A stretch of DNA of 64,000 nucleotides, from the NCBI GenBank assembly GCA_964016885.1, contig OZ024742.1, forward strand, positions 153,512,001 through 153,576,000, written 5' to 3'. Below the pieces are notes generated by a model, which did no database searches, was not told the DNA's origin, and saw nothing but the letters and a program-made list of their open reading frames with translations. Shown here piece after piece: positions 54,734 to 64,000 of this stretch. The position numbers and the translations under genes were made by a program. Numbering within the stretch: the first letter of the stretch is position 1; every line of letters begins with the position of its first letter. This DNA comes from Eledone cirrhosa. Its lineage: Eukaryota.

Positions 54734-57700
54734 ATATATATATGTATGTATATATATATATATAAAATAAAAAAAGGTAATGAGATATAACAAAGCAAAC
54801 GACCCGGAACCAAGACGATATATATTAGTTTTATGTAGGAAATGATTCAACGTTTCAGACGCCGGTCATTTATCAGAAAATTTAACGACGATATAAAATC
54901 GAAATAGAAAAATAGAAGAGAATGAACAGTGGTAGAAAGGAAAACAAATGTCTATGATAAAAAGATGGTCGATTCAGGTCGACATCTCTTGGAAAACCTT
55001 TGAATTCAATGTATGTATAATAACTTCAGTTGGCGGTCCTTTAAAAGGCTGTGATCAAAGGCGTCGGTGTAAATGAGTGTGCATTTGTTGTATGTACGAA
55101 GCAATGAGAATATATATACATAGTTGAACAAACAAAACAAAATAAACATAGGGAATCGAAAATACACAGTCTTATTAGGATTACGCTTAGCTGGAAATGG
55201 AGGGGAGGGGGCTTTGTACGGAAGTCCGTCTTCGGGAAAAAGAGAATTCCAATAGGGTGAGAATAGTTAGGTATATGACAGTTTAGACAAACTGTTATGA
55301 ATGTTGCTGTTGGTAGGCGAGTCGTCCGGCATTCTGGAGTGAGGGCTGAATTGGAGGATCCATCTTAGTCATGTGTTTTGTTGTGTGTGTCTCGATGCGT
55401 GTGTGTGTGTGTAGAAGTGCTTGTCTCAGTCACATATTGTTGGTGTCTGCACACTAGTGTATGCATATGTATGTCTGTGAGATCTTTGATTTTTTGGTGC
55501 ATCTGTGTGCGCGTGAGTGCGAGTGTGCGTGGGTATGTGTATGCGTGCGTGTGTGTGTATGCGACTTTCTATATTTATATTTACACACATAAGGAGCGAT
55601 CGAGAAGGATCTGGAAAGAAAATGATATTAAGACAGTGAGTAAGTGTGAGAGAAGGGAGAATATACTGCGAAAGAGAATGAAAACTATAGAACAAAGCGA
55701 TGAAGTAAATGGCAGAAAACTAAGGCATGATGATGATGATGATAACAACAACAACAATAATAATATTAATAATAAATGAAGTGATATAAAAAGTGAGGGA
55801 AACGAAAGAAAAGAATGATCATTTATATCATGAGGCTGGAGAGAAAGTAGAGGTGAATAATTGAGAAGTGAGATGAAAAAACTGATAGATGTAAAAATGG
55901 AGAAAACGAGAGCGAAAACTAATGGAAAATGATAGTGGTAAACAGTTAGATATGAATAATATCTGATAAATAATAAATAATTGTTCATTTCTGCCCAATT
56001 TTCTAAGATTTGGCGTTGTTATCAGAATATATTGTCGAAATAAATCAGATTATTTTTATTTATTTATTAATCTATTTGTTTTTGTTTTTCCTCAATTTGG
56101 TGTCATTCCAACAATAACATCAATATGACGTCAAGGAAAGTAGGCTTTATCTTGGAAGCAACATATTACATGCAAGTTTATCAGCTGCGGTCATTACAAA
56201 ACGCGATATGTCAGGTCTTCCAAATATGCATTTGAGGCTGTTGATACGGGCACAGATCCAAAAGTCTGTATAAATATGTAAATAAGAAATATAAAAAAAT
56301 ACATTCATCGTTGCTGGTTGATTAGTATTCCAACAACTCTCGAGGTTATCTGTTCAAATCAAGTGAACGCATTTCATCGTCACATTCGGGGAGTGATTAT
56401 TTTAATGCCTGATTTAAGACGGCTTTGAAGAAGAATGGCTCTTTTTGAAAAAAACAAATGACCCCCTCCCACACACACCTGAAAAATAAACACCTGACTT
56501 TTAGAAATTATATAGTGTCAAGATGTAAATCTTTCTGTGAGCTTTTAAAGATTCGGCCAAAGTTGATAAACAAACGATCAAATGATTACTCGGCAGCAGA
56601 CATGCTGTCAACACTTCTTGTTGAAATCATATTTAACGCTATTTTATGCGCAAAACGATATCGAATATCCAGGGTATGAAAACTTTGGATTAGGAAACGT
56701 TTTGGAGTAGTTGTATGTTTCTCTATCAATCCGTAAATCTGAGCGGAATCGTAGGGGCACCGTAGTAACATATGGCAGAAGGCAGAACTCTACAAGTCTG
56801 AATGCAGTCGAAGTCCGTAGTAGCCTATGGCAGAGCGGAGACGCCTGCAAGTCTGAATGCAGTCGATGCCCTGCAGTAGCTAAGAGAGAGAGAACTTGTT
56901 ATTGAGTATGTAAAAAAAAACATATATAGGGAGAGTCGACTCGTTGCTGGTCTGTTACACTGATATGACTTCAAAATGAAAGAGAAAGATTACGTCAGAA
57001 AGATTTGAATTCAGAGACTCTGCAATATTATTTGCCTGTCGTGTCTTGTACCGCGTTTTAACTATTGGGTTTGGAACTTGGAATATTTCGTCTTGACTCA
57101 GCAAAATGGACATTGTATCCCATTCCTGCTGAATCGTGATGCATTTTTGACGTTCATAGTACAGAGAAATTGCTTATTAAATAGTTTTAGATTCTTAAGA
57201 TATTTCAGTTGTTCTCTAGACTATGAACATAATAATAATATCGTATTAACTAATTTGCAACTCAGCCGTTTTAAATTCACTGCTGTTGAAAAGACGCAGC
57301 AATTATAAAATATGAATTCTGGTAGTTTAAAATCAATTAAACATATTTTTATTGCACCTGTATTTGATGTAAATTTTCTGAACAATGCCCAGGATAATAT
57401 AATGAATATTAAATGACATTAAAATAATGAATTGATATCAGGGAGTAAAGAGAATAAAGCTATTATAACACATTCCGTTATGTAGACATATAGTCTATAT
57501 AATGGAGCATATTTACACATACTATATAATTGCAAAACACTTTGATGCAAGGAAATTTATTAAAACACAAACACAGAACATTGGAATAATCTAGTGCTAG
57601 TTGATATGATTAATTTGTAATGTTTGGATACCATTGAAATATTATCTCATCGAAATATAAAGATATATATATATATATATATATAATACATTTTCCTCTA

Positions 57701-57959
57701 TTATTATTTAAACAAAACCTTGTTATATGTATATATATTTTCAGGCAAAACTTTATATGATTCAAATCTTATATTCTCGGATCATATTTAAAGTGAGATT
57801 TTAAAGTATTGAAGTATGTATGTATAAGATTTAAGTAGAATTTTGTTGGGAATTGCTGGAATAATGGGGCACATGCGGTTACACATACATAAGTACAAAC
57901 ACACACATATGTGTATATTTTTATATATATATATATGCATATTCATTTATTAAAATAAC

Positions 57960-59420
57960 AGATTAAAGTTTAAGCAAAGGATTTTATATAGAATTATTCC
58001 TGAAATTAGAAGCTTGGTCCCTCTTGCACTGTGGAATAATTATTTCGCGGTGATTGATTGGTTCAAAGGCATATACAACAATGAAAATTGCCGTTTTATC
58101 CAATTCGGCATCAATATATACTAGTCCTCCATCCCTTTACCACTTCTTCTTAGAGATATTAATTTCGCTAAAACGCTCACGCTGGTTAAGGATTTCGAAG
58201 AGTTGATGTCAACCTCAATGCCCGTAAGTCGGTGATTAATTTCAACGACTCTATTTGGATAAACAAATCTAATAGTACCCCATTCGATATGGGCGCCAGC
58301 AATTCGGCGGAGGTTACAGAACCTTTCGGCCTTTTCTTTCGTTTCTCTATCAGGAAGAATCCCCAATATGGGTAGTGGTTTGTAGCGCGATGACGGCATT
58401 TTGACCATGACAAAGTGCGGTCCACGCGCTTGCGACAGGTTTAGAAAAGAAGTCACAGCCTTCTTTAAAGCTCTGGTTTAAAGGTTGAGGCCAACCTCTC
58501 GGTCGTTAATTACATCGACGTTACCTTCAATTTGTCGAATACCTTGCAATACCCGTTTAGAAAGCCGAATGATACGCTTAATTACATAAGTAAGTATTAT
58601 AACCATCCTGACAGCATAACCAAGAACCTTGTAAGAAACGTTTCTTTCAGGCTTTCACGTCTATCTACAGGCGAGCACATTTTCCTCGACCATTCCACAT
58701 ATTACAATGAACGTCTTGCTCGGAGTGGATTTGTCGATAAGGTGCATATACTAAGTATGAGCATACACCGAGGAAAATAGATTCCGAGGCATTATATGGT
58801 ATAACGCACCATATAATATGGAGGAGGCCACACCATTAGCTAATATCTTTCTCTCCCTTATTAAGAAGCATTTCCCGTCAGGACATAAATATAATACAAT
58901 GTTTAATAGAAATACCATTAAAATATCTTACTCTACGACCCTTAACTTTGCACATAACATCACAGCTGCAAATTTAGCTAAATTACCTAGCCGTAGGAAC
59001 ACGTACAACCCTGTAGCTAGTACTAACTGTAATTGTAGGAATCGGGATTGACTGCCCTCTATCCGGGAAATGCCTCTCCAGTAACATTGTCTAAAATATG
59101 AGGTCGAAACACCCACGTCTAGTAGGGCCTACATAGGGTTAACTGCCAATAGATTCAAGCAGCCTCTTTACATGCACACCCATTCTTTTCTTAACCCTTT
59201 AAGAAGGAATACTACGTCACTTTCAGATTATATCTGGAGCCTAAACGACAACCACACCCATTATAGGTTACACTGGGAGATCCTAGCTGAAGCTAGATCG
59301 TATAACGGAAATAAAAGACCATGCGAACTTTGGGCCGATGAAGCCCTGGATCTACGCAAATGATCACAATTTAAACAAACATTTTGAGGCAATTTCGGCT
59401 TGTAAACACAAATTTCATAA
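57960..59420 (+). pseudogene. Decayed PLE RT + GIY-YIG (same clade as 6323-8805)
   Basis: IDWFK, FDMGASNSAEV, RDDG, YIDVT, KPND..NHP, WYNAPY, CNCRN, YIGLT, HTHSF. Confidence 0.85.
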
Positions 59421-59775
59421 GCCTTTCCTGTATTACAGCCCCGCAATATACCCTAAAGTATAATACGAACAATACGCTGATAATTTACGTCTTGATGTGG
59501 AAGCTAAGTATATTTTATGTTTATACCATTACTTATGTGTATAGGTAAGTATACCTTACCCGTATGTCTTGTGAAGGTACGTATACTTTCTCGTACGTAT
59601 ATATGCTTGTATTTGTTATATGCCTATATATTATATTATATATACTGGTATATGTGTATATGTGTAATTTGTGTTTTGGTTGTCGTGCGTTAGGTGAACA
59701 TATGTGCATTTACCTGTAGGTATGTGCGCGCGTGCGTTATATGCGTATTCATGTGTGTATATTTATATGTATACA

Positions 59776-59854
<79 letters not shown>

Positions 59855-60369
59855 CTAGGAATTGATTAACATATAAATAAACATGAATAATCACTGGTTA
59901 ACTTTATTTATGTGTGGTTAATACTTGTACAAATTATCTCGTGTGATTATTAATGTTTATTTATATGTTAATCAATTTATAGTTATTATACATACATATA
60001 TACTAGGTAGGTAACTAAATAAAGTTGACCAGTGATTATTCATGTTTATTTATTTGTTAATCAATTTCTAGTTATTATAAAATGCTCGGACCTACTCGTT
60101 AGAATCTTAGAGCTTATTTTGCGGGTGATATGGCGCATGTCTTTCTGGTATGACACCCATAATTTTGATTTAGATTAAATTCATTTGATTTATCATAATT
60201 TTGGATATAGATATATATATGTATATATATATTTATGTGTATTCGGTGTATACGTTTCTATGTGTCGCGCGGAATTATGTATGTGTGCGCGTGTTTATGA
60301 GCACGTGCATGTATATGCACGCAAGGCGGGTGTTTTCTCGTATGCACGTGTATGTACATATATAGATGC

Positions 60370-60454
<85 letters not shown>

Positions 60455-60624
60455 TTATTATTACTTTTATGATTTTAATAACCTCGGTCATTTTCTTTCT
60501 ACTAATTTATTTACATTATTCTTAACTCTGAAGCCGAGAATCAATCGGTTTCCTAAATAGAATATTAGTCTACGACTTCATTTATACCATAAACGTGGTT
60601 TTGTCTTTGCGTTTGTTTTCATCG

Positions 60625-60842
60625 CTCCACATAACGACGTATTATTATCTTCGCTTTTTTCCGTTCATTGGCAGGGAACGTGTTCACGAACCAAAGTATC
60701 GTCTTCCTGTTTTCCTTCGGTTTCAACGGTTTTCGAAATATTTACTTCTGCGTCCACATATTGATTTTTTTAGTTTCAGAAGACCCCGTTAAGGGCGAGA
60801 TCAGCAAATCTTTGCTTAAACTTTTAATCTGTTATTTTAATA
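60625..60842 (+). repeat. Second copy of the 18170-18390 repeat with decayed HHR
   Basis: agttt CAGAAGA ccccgttaagggc GAGA ..tgc TT aaact. Confidence 0.75.
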
Positions 60843-60930
60843 AATATTTGCTCCAGCGTTCTTATATATTTGATATATATTTATCCTTATCGAGCCCTCT
60901 TTGGATTTTAGTCTTCACATTTATTATTAT

Positions 60931-61039
<109 letters not shown>

Positions 61040-61854
61040 TGTAATATATATATATATATATATATAAATGTAAAAATGTGTATGTTTAAATATAGATACA
61101 TATGTGTATATCAAAGGTATATATTGGGTTAGAAACTCAAAATAGTTTCTTACAATAAAATGGATCTAGGAAAGAGATTTTTCCGAGCCGTATATTATAA
61201 TTGAATATAAAAGAAAAACAAACACAGATATATACATATATCTGTTCAATTCGTAAGGGAACAGATTCGCTAAGGTGAAAAGAATACTAACGTTAGGCAA
61301 TAGGGTTTGCCAGACTCAATTTAAGAATAAATGAAGAAAATAAATACACACCGGAATTGTGGTAATTACCAATCACCCAGACAGCCTTGGCTATGCTGTT
61401 TTGCAAAATTAATTGTGAAGAGGAATACCAATTCTTGCTCAATAGTGGGTGAAGAATCAGTTTACTGGTCACTTCTTAGTATATTAAAAAAACTAAATAT
61501 TGTGCGTATATATAATAACGCACATGGTATCTGAACTTAGCGTGTCTCACAAACTCATAACATTAAAAATAGCAGCCAGGTAACTCGACATTTGAATTAG
61601 CTCAACAAATTAACGGAGCCGAATATATCAAATGTATATATTGAGTTAGAAACTCAAAATAGTCTCTTACAAAAAAATAGTTAAATGAAAGAGATTAAAA
61701 AACTGAATAGTCTTTTATATTCAATTATAATATACGGCTCGGAAAAATCTCTTTCCTAGAGCTATTTTATTGTAAGACACCTCCAACGAGATATACCTTG
61801 GAGGAGGCCAGCTAAACCTGCATAGATGTGAGCTGTCATACACACACAGTATAC

Positions 61855-61891
<37 letters not shown>

Positions 61892-62705
61892 CGTGTGTGT
61901 GCGCGTGTATATATATATATGTGTGTGTATATATGTATATATATATATATATATAAGAAAGTGAGGTTTTTTACAAAATAAAAAATAACCGAGGTGTCCT
62001 ACACGAGTGAAAGTATAAAGAAAAAAAGATGAAATCGAAAATGCAACTGGAGTCTTATTTAAAAAATATATATTTATTTATTCTTTTTAAAATAAGACTC
62101 CAGCATTTTCGATTTCATCTTTTTTTATTACCTGTATGTTTTGTGAAGGTACGTATACTTTCTCGTACGTATATTTGATTGTATATGTTATGGCGCATAA
62201 TTTTATATATTCTGGTACATATGGTTTGGTTATGTGTATACGGGAGTTTTGCGTCTGTGTGAGTATGCAGGTTCGTACGTATGTAGGGTGTGTTTATATG
62301 TGTACTTCATGTTTTGGTTGACTTACCTCTCCGAACATTTGTGTATTTACATGTAGGAATGAGTGTGCGCTTGTTATATACGTATTTATTTATATACGTT
62401 TATTTAATTATTTATTTATTTGTATACACGCACACACACACACACATATTTATATGTGCGTGGGTTTGTATACCTATGGTAAGTGTTTTCGCAGATGCTT
62501 GTGTATGTACGTATTTGTATGCGTGTATGTCTTTATTTAATTTCTCTTACCTCTGTATTGTATTTATTTACTTTGTTCTTAACGCTGAAGCGGAGATTCA
62601 TTCGGTCTCCTAGTTAGAATTTTAGTCTATATTGTATCTGTATTAGTTTTGACCGTTGGTCAGTCAATGGCATATCACAAACGTCGCAAACCTAATTCAT
62701 CGCCG

Positions 62706-62968
<263 letters not shown>

Positions 62969-62995
62969 GAGAGATAGATAGATAGAGATAGAGAG

Positions 62996-63080
<85 letters not shown>

Positions 63081-63801
63081 AGAGAGAGAGAGAGAGATTT
63101 ATATATACACTCACACACGCATGCACATATATATGTACACGTGAGTGTTTGTGAGTCTATCTATACCTATAGGAACCGAAAAGCAGAAACACCTTCCAGA
63201 AGTCGATTGATATAACTAATGGCTTAGAAAATCGCATTAATTACCCTATTGACGTAAATAAGTGGCTAGTATCCACTACGAATAATCGAACTCTGTATCT
63301 TTAAAATTTTGTCTCAGTGCTCTAAACATTGGGTGTCGCGTCATTTAGCAATAGATACAATATGAATTAGATGCTATATGAAGAGATTGTTAAAATATAC
63401 ACCTATACACAATCTCAGAAATCCCAAATCATATCGTTCAAGTATAGTTCCTTCTGTATTTCCATTTCAATTAAACCCTCCACCGACACACACTAATTAT
63501 TCATATGTGGAATACGTATGTTATTAACCTGCTGCCGTCATAGTTTCAAAGTTATTATTGCAATCGATAGCGTTTACGGTATTGCATCTCTGCATTTGGG
63601 ATGTCTACATTTTCTAATAGATTCGAAAAAGTTCAACTGACATTGAAATCTCTACGTATATCGATCTGTAGCACATACATATATATATAGATATATATAT
63701 ATAGTGGTACAACATGGAAGGTAATATCCGTAGTTGTAGAGCACTCAAGCCATGGGACGAGTTAGGTAGAAGTGGTTACACAATAATTAGTTCACCATAC
63801 C

Positions 63802-63837
63802 GAGAACAATTGTTTCACCTTAGCGGATCCTCAGCTC
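63802..63837 (-). ncRNA. Very small hammerhead ribozyme
   Basis: Reverse strand gag CTGAGGA tcc-gctaa-ggt GAAA caattg TT ctc. Confidence 0.7.
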
Positions 63838-64000
63838 AAAATATATATATATATATATATATTGAAATAACAGATTAAAATGCAATGGGTCGCAGTTTTC
63901 ACCCTTAACGGGATCTCCTGAATATCTCGTTAAGGGTGAAAGCAGCGATTCTTAGCTTAAAAAATGTAATCCGTTAATTTAATAATTATATATTTATATA

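Noticed and set aside
54845-54878. Minus-strand CTGATAA..GAAA HHR-like motif
   Set aside because: Uncompensated G8A, no cleavage triplet or stem I; at best decayed

Overview
AT-rich eukaryotic intergenic or intronic DNA. The SINE content suggests an octopus or other cephalopod (inference). I can support no host gene. The window is microsatellite ((TA)n, (GA)n, (CA)n, (AAT)n) packed with retroelements. There are at least seven coding Penelope-like element (PLE) copies or fragments with RT and/or C-terminal GIY-YIG and direct or inverted pseudo-LTRs; the one at 4696-10014 is near-intact. A full-length L1/Tx1-type LINE and a 5'-truncated R4/Dong-type LINE share one (AAT)n tract. RTE, Gypsy and putative hAT-like remnants, tRNA-SINEs and a foldback element are also present. 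The main signal is about 20 type I hammerhead ribozyme (HHR) motifs from about 12 sequence families. Several have repeat-conserved non-canonical cores (UUGANAA, CCGAAGA, CAGAAGA, an extra base after A9, a U.U pair at the base of stem II). Two ORF-less HHR-to-HHR tandem units (467 and 593 nt) look like retrozyme-type non-autonomous PLE parasites. All RNA structures were folded by eye and coordinates may be off by a few bases.
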